From positions 1 to 46,519 of the IMG/VR virus record IMGVR_UViG_3300025387_000013: a DNA stretch of 46,519 nucleotides; one strand, written 5' to 3'. This stretch comes from a virus. Its lineage: Duplodnaviria > Heunggongvirae > Uroviricota > Caudoviricetes. Shown here in pieces: positions 8,868-16,995 of this stretch. Position numbers and translations under genes: made by a program. Each line of letters starts with the position of its first letter. Within the stretch, counting starts at the first letter, position 1. The notes under the pieces were generated by a model. The model saw only the letters and a program-made list of their open reading frames with translations, ran no database searches and was not told the origin of the DNA.

Positions 8868-9749
8868 ATGAATAAATATTATCTGTACAGATACATTAGA
8901 CTTGATAAAAATATACCATTTTATATTGGCATTGGTACTAAAACTAATGCTGATATAAAATATGGTACATACACTAGAGCAAATAGTATTAAAAAAGGTA
9001 ATGATATTTGGAAAAAAATTAAAGAAAAGAGTCAGCACAAAGTAGAAATTATTTTAGAATCTGATGATTATGAATTCATTAAACAAAAAGAAATTGAATT
9101 TATAAAATTATATGGTAGAATTGATTTAAAAACAGGGTGTTTAGCAAATATGACAGATGGTGGAGAAGGTACTACAAATATTATTGTATCAGAATATTCT
9201 AGACAACTTAGAAGTAATTTTCAAAAAGGAAGAAAAAAATCAAAAGAAAGTATAATTAAACAAACAGTTACTAGAAAAACAAATGGATTTAAACTTTCAA
9301 ATGATGCAAAAAGAAAAATAACTATTTCTAAATCTAAATCTGTTTTACAATTTTCATTAGAAGGAATACTAATTAAAGAATGGAACACTGTTGTTGAAGC
9401 TTCTGAAAATTTAAATATACCTAAATCATCAATATGTCAATGTGCAAACTATAATGAGAAAAAAATATTTACAGCATTTAATTATCTTTGGATATATAAA
9501 GATGATTATATAGTTAACAATGTTGAAAAATTAAATTTAGCTATTCAAAGATGCAAGGAAGGTAAGATTAAAAAAGTAATCACAATTGAAGAAAAGCAAA
9601 AAATTAAAAATGATTATATAAATATATCTAATATCTTTGATAAAAAAGGAGATAGAATAACTTATTTATCAAATAAATATAGTATAAATTATAGTACGAT
9701 TAGAGCTATAATAAATATGAAGAAGTTAACAAAAGACGTGAGTATTTAA
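8868..9749 (+). CDS. GIY-YIG homing endonuclease with NUMOD3-like and NUMOD1-like DNA-binding modules
   Basis: YYLYRY...FYIGIG...E...LANMTDGGEG; KSKESIIKQ; SVLQFSLEGILIKEWNTVVEAS...ICQCA...TAFNYLW. Confidence 0.85.
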   Translation: MNKYYLYRYIRLDKNIPFYIGIGTKTNADIKYGTYTRANSIKKGNDIWKKIKEKSQHKVEIILESDDYEFIKQKEIEFIKLYGRIDLKTGCLANMTDGGEGTTNIIVSEYSRQLRSNFQKGRKKSKESIIKQTVTRKTNGFKLSNDAKRKITISKSKSVLQFSLEGILIKEWNTVVEASENLNIPKSSICQCANYNEKKIFTAFNYLWIYKDDYIVNNVEKLNLAIQRCKEGKIKKVITIEEKQKIKNDYINISNIFDKKGDRITYLSNKYSINYSTIRAIINMKKLTKDVSI

Positions 9750-9765
9750 AAACTAAAACTTAAAT

Positions 9766-10425
9766 ATGAAAGAATCAAACAGGGAGAGAAAGTATGATAT
9801 TAAATATAATGTGCATTTAAATGAAGAACAGAAAGAGGGTAAACAGATTATTAGAGAAAATCAAATAGTTGTTATCACTGGTAGAGCTGGATCTGGTAAA
9901 TCATTGGTTTGTGCCCAAACTGCTCTTGATTTTCTATTGAAGAAAGAATGTGATAGAATTTATGTTACTAGAGCAACTATTGAAGTGGGTAATTCATTAG
10001 GTTTTCTTCCTGGAGGATTAGATGAGAAGTTCAATCCCTATCTAGAAGCTTTTATGGAGAATCTAGCCAAGTGTAAGGACAAAGAAACTCTTGATAAGCT
10101 TGTATCAGAATCAAGAATCTTAGCCTATCCTATTCAGTTTATCAGGGGAAAGACTATTGATGATGTTCTTGTTGTAGAGGAAGCTCAGAATCTAAGTAAA
10201 GATCAGATGCTGGCTATTCTCACCAGACTTGGTAAAACAGGAAAGATTATTATCAATGGAGACCTTGAGCAAACAGACATTAGAAATAAGACAGGAGAAG
10301 CTAACGGACTTAGTTATGTTATAGAACTATCTAAGAAGATTGATGAGATACAATGGATTAAATTAAAAGAAAACCACCGTAGTGATATAGTGGGTAAAAT
10401 TTTAGATTATGAGTATGGTAAGTAA
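9766..10425 (+). CDS. phoH: PhoH-like ATPase
   Basis: TGRAGSGKS, IYVTR, LGFLPG, FIRGKT, VEEAQN, LTRLG, NGDLEQTD. Confidence 0.93.
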   Translation: MKESNRERKYDIKYNVHLNEEQKEGKQIIRENQIVVITGRAGSGKSLVCAQTALDFLLKKECDRIYVTRATIEVGNSLGFLPGGLDEKFNPYLEAFMENLAKCKDKETLDKLVSESRILAYPIQFIRGKTIDDVLVVEEAQNLSKDQMLAILTRLGKTGKIIINGDLEQTDIRNKTGEANGLSYVIELSKKIDEIQWIKLKENHRSDIVGKILDYEYGK

Positions 10426-10852
10426 GTTTATATTATTAGTTGTATTTATAGTAATTGGTGCAATTATATTAGCTAGTAAAAATAAGAAAATGAGTAGTAC
10501 AACAAAGTTCACAATTAATGGCGGAACTTTTCCTATGGAAGCACACATTATTATTACAGATGATACAGCTGAAGCTAAGCAATATGCAGAAGATATATTA
10601 GATAGAAAGATTAACTCTGATGATTTTGTAGCAGAAGCTGTTACATTAACAGACGATCTAGGTACTGATTTTGTATTGTGGTTTTCTAAACATAGTGTAA
10701 AAGATACAGGGATTATACATCATGAACTATTTCATCTTACATATAGTATATTAAGTGTATCAGGAGTAAAACTATCAGATGACACTGAAGAAGTGTATGC
10801 TTATCAATTAGAATGCCTATCTGATCAATTTTATAAACAATTAAACCAATAA
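10409..10852 (+). CDS. zincin-like (HExxH) protein with possible N-terminal membrane anchor
   Basis: FILLVVFIVIGAIILA hydrophobic segment; IIHHELFHLTY...EEVYAY. Alternative start at MSSTTKF. Confidence 0.6.
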   Translation: MSMVSKFILLVVFIVIGAIILASKNKKMSSTTKFTINGGTFPMEAHIIITDDTAEAKQYAEDILDRKINSDDFVAEAVTLTDDLGTDFVLWFSKHSVKDTGIIHHELFHLTYSILSVSGVKLSDDTEEVYAYQLECLSDQFYKQLNQ

Positions 10853-10854
10853 AT

Positions 10855-11124
10855 ATGAGTCAATTTTTCTACTCCAGGAAAGATGGAGATGTGATTAGAA
10901 CAGACAGCTTTAACAAAAACATGGTTATTAGATCTGTAGAAATGGATGATGGTAATCTATTAGTGTTATTAAGTGATATTCACGAACGCTCTAGAGATAT
11001 TCCAGATATTGATCCTAAGACTAATAAGGTGAAGGGTGTTAAAAGACAACGTGATGTGTTCCAAACAGAAATCACTCTTGAAGGAGATGATGTAGAACTA
11101 TTTAGAAAGCTAGTAAATAGTTAA
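10855..11124 (+). CDS. hypothetical phage protein
   Basis: 89-aa ORF, operon-packed. Confidence 0.7.
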   Translation: MSQFFYSRKDGDVIRTDSFNKNMVIRSVEMDDGNLLVLLSDIHERSRDIPDIDPKTNKVKGVKRQRDVFQTEITLEGDDVELFRKLVNS

Positions 11125-11125
11125 T

Positions 11126-11920
11126 ATGCTTAATAAGGATTACATAATGCCTTTGTTAGGAGGTAGACTTGGTAACAACTTGTTTATGATAGCTCATGCT
11201 TATGTAAAAGGGCTTGACTATAATAAACAGGTTGTTATCTATAAACCTCATGTGCAATATCATGGAAATGATTATTCTCAGAACATCTTTAAGAAACTAG
11301 AATTTACAGATGTATTAGAAGATAGTAAGAATTTAAATCTTGCAGTTCCTTCTGATGATCAGCCTACATTTTATTATGGATATTATCAAAGTGAAAGATA
11401 CTTTGAGAGATATAGTGAAAATATAAAAAGTTTATTTGGGCCACCTGCTGAATTTATAAATAGAATAAAGCAAGAACTTCCTTTTATATTTGAAGGTGAT
11501 GTAACAGTAATAAATGTTCGTAGAGGAGATTATTTACACTATCCTAACTATCATCCTGTAATTACAACAGAATACATATATGAGGCTCTAAAGCACATAA
11601 AAAATACAAGAGTGTATTTAATAGCTAGTGATGATCTTGATTGGTGTAAAGAGAATATTCATCTACCTAATATGCATTTCTTATTAGGATATACAGCAGA
11701 AGAACAATTGTGGATCTTGTCTATGTGTAATAACTTTGTTATATCTAATAGTTCTTTTAGTTGGTGGGCAGCCTATCTATCTAGATATAGAAACAAAATA
11801 GTTGTAGCTCCTCAAACATGGTTTGGTCCTGATCATTTTAACTCCTGGCAAGATATGTATTGTTATAATTGGAAAATTCTTCCAACTTATTTTGAAAACG
11901 GATTAATAAAACCAAAATGA
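11126..11920 (+). CDS. GT11 family alpha-1,2-fucosyltransferase-like protein
   Basis: GGRLGNNLF, GYYQSERYF, INVRRGDYL, ASDDLDWCKEN, ISNSSFSWWAAYL, VAPQTWF. Confidence 0.9.
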   Translation: MLNKDYIMPLLGGRLGNNLFMIAHAYVKGLDYNKQVVIYKPHVQYHGNDYSQNIFKKLEFTDVLEDSKNLNLAVPSDDQPTFYYGYYQSERYFERYSENIKSLFGPPAEFINRIKQELPFIFEGDVTVINVRRGDYLHYPNYHPVITTEYIYEALKHIKNTRVYLIASDDLDWCKENIHLPNMHFLLGYTAEEQLWILSMCNNFVISNSSFSWWAAYLSRYRNKIVVAPQTWFGPDHFNSWQDMYCYNWKILPTYFENGLIKPK

Positions 11921-12606
11921 TTTCTGTATTAACACTTACGTACAAAAGACACCATCTATTAGAAGAAGCTATTGAATCGTTTTTACAGAACGAAAGCTTC
12001 CATCCTAAAGAAATGGTTATAATCAACGATAACCCTGAAGTAGACTATGTTTATGATCATGAAGATGTAAGAATCATCAATCATAAACAAAGATTTCCTT
12101 CTATAGCAGCTAAAATTGAATGGGGCTATAAACAATGTAAATATGATTATATCTACAGGCTAGATGATGATGATCTTTTAAACAAAACAGCAATATCTAA
12201 TGCTACGTTAGATATATTAGAGAACCCTGGATATGAAATCTATAGAAGCTCAGGTATGTATTTCTTTGTACATAATATCTTTGAAGGTCTTAATAGCAAC
12301 ATTAACAATGGAAATATATATACTAAAGAGTATTTAGATAGGATTAAGTTTCCAGATTTGTCTGGTACAGAAGATGATAATATTACTTATGGACATGGTG
12401 CCAAAATATTTGAATCTAAAAGAAAACCAACAATGCTTTATAGATGGGGAATGAATACGTTACATATTTCTGGAATGGGAATACAACCCAATCATGCAAT
12501 TCTTGCCCAAGCTGATAGAGTGTTAGATAATACTAAAGGGGTAATAACACTTAACCCACATTTTGATAATGATTATTATGAACAAATAAAAAGAGCCTCC
12601 AAATAG
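11917..12606 (+). CDS. GT2 family glycosyltransferase
   Basis: ISVLTLTYKR...AIESFL...VIIND; YIYRLDDDD (DxD). Confidence 0.85.
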   Translation: MISVLTLTYKRHHLLEEAIESFLQNESFHPKEMVIINDNPEVDYVYDHEDVRIINHKQRFPSIAAKIEWGYKQCKYDYIYRLDDDDLLNKTAISNATLDILENPGYEIYRSSGMYFFVHNIFEGLNSNINNGNIYTKEYLDRIKFPDLSGTEDDNITYGHGAKIFESKRKPTMLYRWGMNTLHISGMGIQPNHAILAQADRVLDNTKGVITLNPHFDNDYYEQIKRASK

Positions 12607-12617
12607 GGGGCTCTTTT
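12589..12617. terminator. bidirectional intrinsic terminator at a convergent junction
   Basis: AAAAGAGCCTCC-AAATA-GGGGGCTCTTTT between the + and - blocks. Confidence 0.8.
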
Positions 12618-12618
12618 A

Positions 12619-12759
12619 TTATTTTGACAAACGCTTTTGTTTCATGGGCCACATAGGACTCTTTAACCTTTCCTTTGTATCAGCTTCCTTCATAAAATTA
12701 GGCTTGGCTTTACTAGGAGGTTTTACTTTAGGAGCTGGTCTAGGTTTACCTGATTTCAT
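12619..12759 (-). CDS. small basic Lys/Pro-rich protein (46 aa, not in ORF track)
   Basis: Manual translation: MKSGKPRPAPKVKPPSKAKPNFMKEADTKERLKSPMWPMKQKRLSK*; stop sits just before the terminator. Confidence 0.7.
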   Translation of the reverse strand: MKSGKPRPAPKVKPPSKAKPNFMKEADTKERLKSPMWPMKQKRLSK

Positions 12760-12902
12760 TTTACTTGTTTGTTGTTATCTACAGGAGGTTGAGATCCACC
12801 ACCTGGATTAGAATTAGAGGAAGGTGTATCCACCTTAGTAATAGCTTTATACACTAAGAACGCTATCACTAATATAACACCTAAGAATATAGCTACTCCC
12901 AT
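12756..12902 (-). CDS. small single-TM membrane protein (48 aa, not in ORF track)
   Basis: Manual translation: MGVAIFLGVILVIAFLVYKAITKVDTPSSNSNPGGGSQPPVDNNKQVK*; ATGA overlap with the next gene. Confidence 0.65.
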   Translation of the reverse strand: MGVAIFLGVILVIAFLVYKAITKVDTPSSNSNPGGGSQPPVDNNKQVK

Positions 12903-12919
12903 AGTTTTAAATTTTTTTA

Positions 12920-13222
12920 TTAGCAACCATTTTTACATTTACCCATCTTAGCTCCACCACCCTTACCAGAGTAGTTTTTACCAATTTGTTTACCGTAGCT
13001 ACCTAATTGCATAGATACTGTACCACCAGATTTGTATTTCTTAGCTTTTACTTTACCACCTTTTTTCATCATAGGTTGACCACCGCCCATTGGGGCACCA
13101 CCACCGCCCATTGGAGCTTGTGGAGCAGGAGGAGGAATACCAGGACCAGGAGCTGCTTTTCTTGCAGGAGCAACAGGCTTAGCTGCTGCCATAGGTTTAC
13201 GAACTGTTTTTTTCATTGCCAT
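12920..13222 (-). CDS. small basic Lys/Gly/Pro/Met-rich protein
   Basis: Start placed at MAMKKTVRK (13222); motifs MKKGG and YKSGG. Confidence 0.7.
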   Translation of the reverse strand: MAMKKTVRKPMAAAKPVAPARKAAPGPGIPPPAPQAPMGGGGAPMGGGQPMMKKGGKVKAKKYKSGGTVSMQLGSYGKQIGKNYSGKGGGAKMGKCKNGC

Positions 13223-13241
13223 TGTTATAATTTTTAGATTG

Positions 13242-13397
13242 TTATTTACCTTTACGAGCTTTACGCATTGCTTTGAATGTTTGAGCAAGAGCTTTTCTTT
13301 TAGGAGTGCATGTAGCTTTGGTCATTGGTGTACAAAATCCTTTATGTTTTGGATTTACAGCATCCTGTATCCAATTCTTTTTACTAGCTTTTGCCAT
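13242..13397 (-). CDS. small basic protein (51 aa, not in ORF track)
   Basis: Manual translation: MAKASKKNWIQDAVNPKHKGFCTPMTKATCTPKRKALAQTFKAMRKARKGK*. Confidence 0.75.
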   Translation of the reverse strand: MAKASKKNWIQDAVNPKHKGFCTPMTKATCTPKRKALAQTFKAMRKARKGK

Positions 13398-13399
13398 GA

Positions 13400-13771
13400 T
13401 TATTTCTTTTTAGCTTTGCCACCCATTTTCATGGTTTGACTTTTGCTCATCATAATATCATTCTTTTTCTTAGCCATTTTAACACTTGTTTTGGCCATCT
13501 TCTTACCAGAAGCTATCTTCTTTAAAGATCCACCCATTTCCATTTTACCACCATTCTTTTGCTTCTTAGGAACTACATCCATATTAGCATTATCAACAGC
13601 TTTTAACCATGTAGGTCTATTTGCTTTTTGTAAAGAATCATATCTAGCCCTATCAGTAGAATCTTGAGCAGGGGTAGTTTTTGGCATAGAGTTTATAGCT
13701 TTCATTGCAGCATCTCTATCATACTTTGGTGTATTTAAACCTGATTGTGCTTTCTTAACTATCTTTTTCAT
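13400..13771 (-). CDS. small basic protein with xGG motifs
   Basis: KKAQSG, QKNGG, MEMGG, MKMGG. Confidence 0.7.
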   Translation of the reverse strand: MKKIVKKAQSGLNTPKYDRDAAMKAINSMPKTTPAQDSTDRARYDSLQKANRPTWLKAVDNANMDVVPKKQKNGGKMEMGGSLKKIASGKKMAKTSVKMAKKKNDIMMSKSQTMKMGGKAKKK

Positions 13772-13772
13772 A

Positions 13773-13958
13773 TTATTTACTTTTCATTTTTGTAGCACCC
13801 AATTCTTTGTTTTTAACAAGCTTAGCAGAACCTTTAGCTTTAGCTAATGTTTTGTTTTGCACCTTGGTCCAAGCACCTTTAGGATCTACAGGACCTACAC
13901 GTTTATTAGGAGCTTTAAGTCCTGTGAGACTTCCTCCTGCTTTTTTAACAGTTGCCAT
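13773..13958 (-). CDS. small basic protein
   Basis: MATVKKAGG...GPVDPKGAWTKVQ. Confidence 0.7.
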   Translation of the reverse strand: MATVKKAGGSLTGLKAPNKRVGPVDPKGAWTKVQNKTLAKAKGSAKLVKNKELGATKMKSK

Positions 13959-14257
13959 TATTTTTTAGTTTTAGCTTTTATTTTCTTTTCTTGTTTAATC
14001 ATCTGAGTTGTTGGTTTCTTTCCAGAACCTTTATTCTCACGAATTGAATCCCAAAGACCATGTTGAGATGTGGAACCACCATTCTTCAATCCACTTCCTT
14101 TAAAAGGTCCTTTCTTTTGAATTAATGGTCCATTAGGAACAGGACTGATAGATCCTTTAATAGCAGGAATAGTGTCTCCATTCTGAAGCACTTTCTTTCC
14201 TACATAAGCTGTAGCTTTCTGTGGATTATAAGGACCAGGTTTTTTAATACTAGCCAT
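13958..14257 (-). CDS. small basic protein
   Basis: LKNGG; GLWDSIRENKGSGKKPT; TAATG coupling to neighbours. Confidence 0.7.
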   Translation of the reverse strand: MASIKKPGPYNPQKATAYVGKKVLQNGDTIPAIKGSISPVPNGPLIQKKGPFKGSGLKNGGSTSQHGLWDSIRENKGSGKKPTTQMIKQEKKIKAKTKK

Positions 14258-14559
14258 TACTTACGCTTTTTTGCACCTGCTATTTTATCAGCAAATGTAA
14301 TTTTATCTTTAGGAGGAGCTAATGCTGCAAACTTCTTAAGTTTACCACCCATTTTCATACCTGGTTTCTTTTCAGAAGCAGGTTTATTAGTGATAGCAGG
14401 ATTAGCCTTAGGAGCATATTTTCCTTTACCAGCTTGTCTATCCATAGCATCAGCCCATTTAGTATTCCAATCATCTTGACTCTTTTGAGAAATAGGTCTT
14501 CCTGTTTCAGTTTTAGTCATTCCTTTAGGAACATCTCCACCAGCTTGATATTTTTTCAT
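14257..14559 (-). CDS. small basic protein
   Basis: MKKYQAGG, MKMGG, KFAALAPPKDKITFADKIAGA. Confidence 0.7.
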   Translation of the reverse strand: MKKYQAGGDVPKGMTKTETGRPISQKSQDDWNTKWADAMDRQAGKGKYAPKANPAITNKPASEKKPGMKMGGKLKKFAALAPPKDKITFADKIAGAKKRK

Positions 14560-14563
14560 GATA

Positions 14564-14794
14564 TTATTCTTTAACTTCTGTTATAATTCCTGATTCTACA
14601 CTTCTAGCTAAGGCACCTTCAACAACTTGTGAAGCTGTTTGTGCTATTCCTGTAGCTTCTGCAATAGCACGTAGTGCGTTTAACATTACACCAAATTCAC
14701 CTCCTGTAATAACAATCTGAGCATCTTGCTTCCATGTATATTTCTTGTTAGGATCAAATTTTGGTACTTCTTCAAAGTCAATTACTTCTGACAT
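14564..14794 (-). CDS. hypothetical protein
   Basis: 76-aa ORF with an A-rich leader. Confidence 0.7.
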   Translation of the reverse strand: MSEVIDFEEVPKFDPNKKYTWKQDAQIVITGGEFGVMLNALRAIAEATGIAQTASQVVEGALARSVESGIITEVKE

Positions 14795-14836
14795 ATATAT
14801 TTAAGTTTTGGTTTAATGTGTAAAGATGAAATAAAT

Positions 14837-15133
14837 TTATGAATTCTCCAAATTTAATTCAATTTCAAACACTATTGTTGCAGAGGTTTTGATACTCTTA
14901 CTTAAATCTAGTTTGATTTGAAATATGTTATGTAGCTTTAATATTTCTTCTAATAATAATTCATTGTATTTAGGAAGGCTAGCTGCTAGTCTGAAATGAT
15001 ATGAATTAGGATTCTTTGTAATCTCAAGAATAGAAAGTTCATCTATAGAATCAATAATTCCTTCTAAATGTGCAAAATAAGCTATTTCATTATCCTGCAT
15101 CACTTCTGGAAAGAATTTCTTACTTATATACAT
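14837..15133 (-). CDS. hypothetical protein
   Basis: 98-aa ORF coupled to the upstream gene. Confidence 0.7.
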   Translation of the reverse strand: MYISKKFFPEVMQDNEIAYFAHLEGIIDSIDELSILEITKNPNSYHFRLAASLPKYNELLLEEILKLHNIFQIKLDLSKSIKTSATIVFEIELNLENS

Positions 15134-15546
15134 TATGACATAGTTAAGAAATACAAAGTTTGTGCTGCTTTACCACTAAGATCTTGAGCTATGTTTTCAA
15201 TATCTGCATAGTCCTTACTTCTAGCAAAGAGTTCTAAATCTTCAGCAAATGCTCTAAGGTCTTTTAGCACCTTTGTAGATAATCCTGGAGAATAGTCTAC
15301 AGAAGGTGCCACCTTACTAGCTTTTACTCTTTTTCCTTCATAACCCATTAGTTTCTCAAGGATATCATCTTTAGCTTCTACCACCTCTTTCCACACATTC
15401 AATGCTATATGTTCAGCATGGGACGTTGTTTGCAGATGTGTAAGATGTATCTGTTCATAGAAATAAGACATTCTAGCTCCAATAATATCCATTGTAAGCT
15501 GTTCTCCAGCTCCTAACATTCCTTCAGGAAAGATTGATTTTGACAT
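15133..15546 (-). CDS. ferritin/Dps-like four-helix protein (DUF5856-like)
   Basis: QIHLTHLQTTSHAEHIAL...KDDILEKLMGYEG...DIENIAQDLSG...YFLTMS. Confidence 0.6.
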   Translation of the reverse strand: MSKSIFPEGMLGAGEQLTMDIIGARMSYFYEQIHLTHLQTTSHAEHIALNVWKEVVEAKDDILEKLMGYEGKRVKASKVAPSVDYSPGLSTKVLKDLRAFAEDLELFARSKDYADIENIAQDLSGKAAQTLYFLTMS

Positions 15547-15788
15547 TATATTGGTTTATTTTGAGAAGGTCTTGTAGGTTGAGGAGCAAGCTTTAATGCA
15601 TCAATTTCAGCCTGTCCTTCAGCTTGTGTATCTGCTACATAAACTTTCTGTTTGGTAAATAATGTACCTATTTTTGATTCTTGAAAGTTAATTACTTTTT
15701 TACCATCATGAACAAGAATCCAAACTGGATTACTAGTTACATAATTAACAATACCATCTGCGTTTGGTGTGATGTAAGATGCTGCCAC
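15546..15788 (-). CDS. hypothetical protein (possible virion appendage accessory)
   Basis: 80-aa ORF coupled to neighbours. Confidence 0.65.
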   Translation of the reverse strand: MAASYITPNADGIVNYVTSNPVWILVHDGKKVINFQESKIGTLFTKQKVYVADTQAEGQAEIDALKLAPQPTRPSQNKPI

Positions 15789-15800
15789 GTTTGTATATTT

Positions 15801-16727
15801 TTAATTTGTTATAATTGTTGCCCCTCTTGCCACTAATGTAGCTACATCTAATATTCCTTGACCTGTAGGAGCAGCGTTTGTTCCATAAGACATATCTACA
15901 ACACATGAAGGTCCCCAAAGTGTTGTACCATTAGTACCATCAAGAGAAACCAACATAGCAAGTATATAATTTACAGTGGTTACACTAAGAGCATTTTGAT
16001 AAAAACCTATATATGTAGATATTTCTTTAATTCCACTAGAGAATGTTAGTGTAGTTAAATTAGGATTGTTTTCAATATATATACCATAATCTGAAGCTAT
16101 TCTAATAATACTAGGAAATGATAAAGAAGTAGCAGCTATGTGTTCTATAAAAAAAGATATTTGTACTTCTTGAAGAAGTGGAAAGTTTATATTAGTTAAA
16201 CTATTTCCATTTATGGAAGATTGACTTCCTCCATCCACATGTTGATTAGAAAGAATTCTAACAACATTAGGAAAATTAATACTAACTAAATTATTACCAT
16301 TTATGTAACCTCCATTTAGTGCTGTTAATTCAGGAAATGTAAGTGTTGTAACAGTAGAAGCTAAATCTCCAGTAAATAAAATATTTGCAGAATTATAAAT
16401 GAGAGCAGAATATGCTACATTAGGAATATTAGATGATATATCAGATACTTGAAACAAAGCAATATTCATTGCAGCTGGATTTGATATTACACCATTTGCT
16501 ACATATTTTACAATAGTAGGTTGTGTTATTGATGTAACTGCTGCATCCACCTTTTTTAATGCTAATGTCAAACAATCCCCAGTTTTTATTCCTGTATTGG
16601 GGAGATTTGTTCCAATGTATATTACATCATCAGACTTTGTATAAATACAATAACCTGGACCTCCTGGTGATAATAAATATTTACCATAACAAGGATTTCC
16701 AGGTTGACAAGGAAGAGGTATATTCAT
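15801..16727 (-). CDS. putative virion/appendage protein with fibre-type N-terminal module and LRR/receptor-L-like repeats
   Basis: N-terminal CIYTKSDDVIYIGTNLPNTGIKTGDCLTLALKKVD; repeats LTFPELT, INFPNVV, INFPLLQ, LSFPSII. Confidence 0.6.
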   Translation of the reverse strand: MNIPLPCQPGNPCYGKYLLSPGGPGYCIYTKSDDVIYIGTNLPNTGIKTGDCLTLALKKVDAAVTSITQPTIVKYVANGVISNPAAMNIALFQVSDISSNIPNVAYSALIYNSANILFTGDLASTVTTLTFPELTALNGGYINGNNLVSINFPNVVRILSNQHVDGGSQSSINGNSLTNINFPLLQEVQISFFIEHIAATSLSFPSIIRIASDYGIYIENNPNLTTLTFSSGIKEISTYIGFYQNALSVTTVNYILAMLVSLDGTNGTTLWGPSCVVDMSYGTNAAPTGQGILDVATLVARGATIITN

Positions 16728-16981
16728 TACACTATTGTTGTTGTATCAGTAGTAGTCTCTGTTGTTGTGTCTGTTGTAGAAGTGCTAGTAGTTGGAGCCT
16801 CTGTTGTAGTCTCTGTAGTACTAGTTGTAGTGGTCAATTCCTCTGTTGTTGTTTCAGTGGTTGTACTAGTGGTAGTAGGTTCTGCAGTGGTTGTGTCAGT
16901 GGTTGTGCTAGTAGTAGTTTCACCACTAACAATAGCTCTAATCCTAGCTTGTGTTTCTCTAGCTTTATTTATATCAAACAT
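16727..16981 (-). CDS. small mucin-like Thr-rich protein
   Basis: A 20-aa head followed by about 60 aa of T/S/E/D repeats (TTTSTTTDTTTAEPTTTSTT...). Confidence 0.75.
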   Translation of the reverse strand: MFDINKARETQARIRAIVSGETTTSTTTDTTTAEPTTTSTTTETTTEELTTTTSTTETTTEAPTTSTSTTDTTTETTTDTTTIV

Positions 16982-16995
16982 ATTGTATATTTTAA

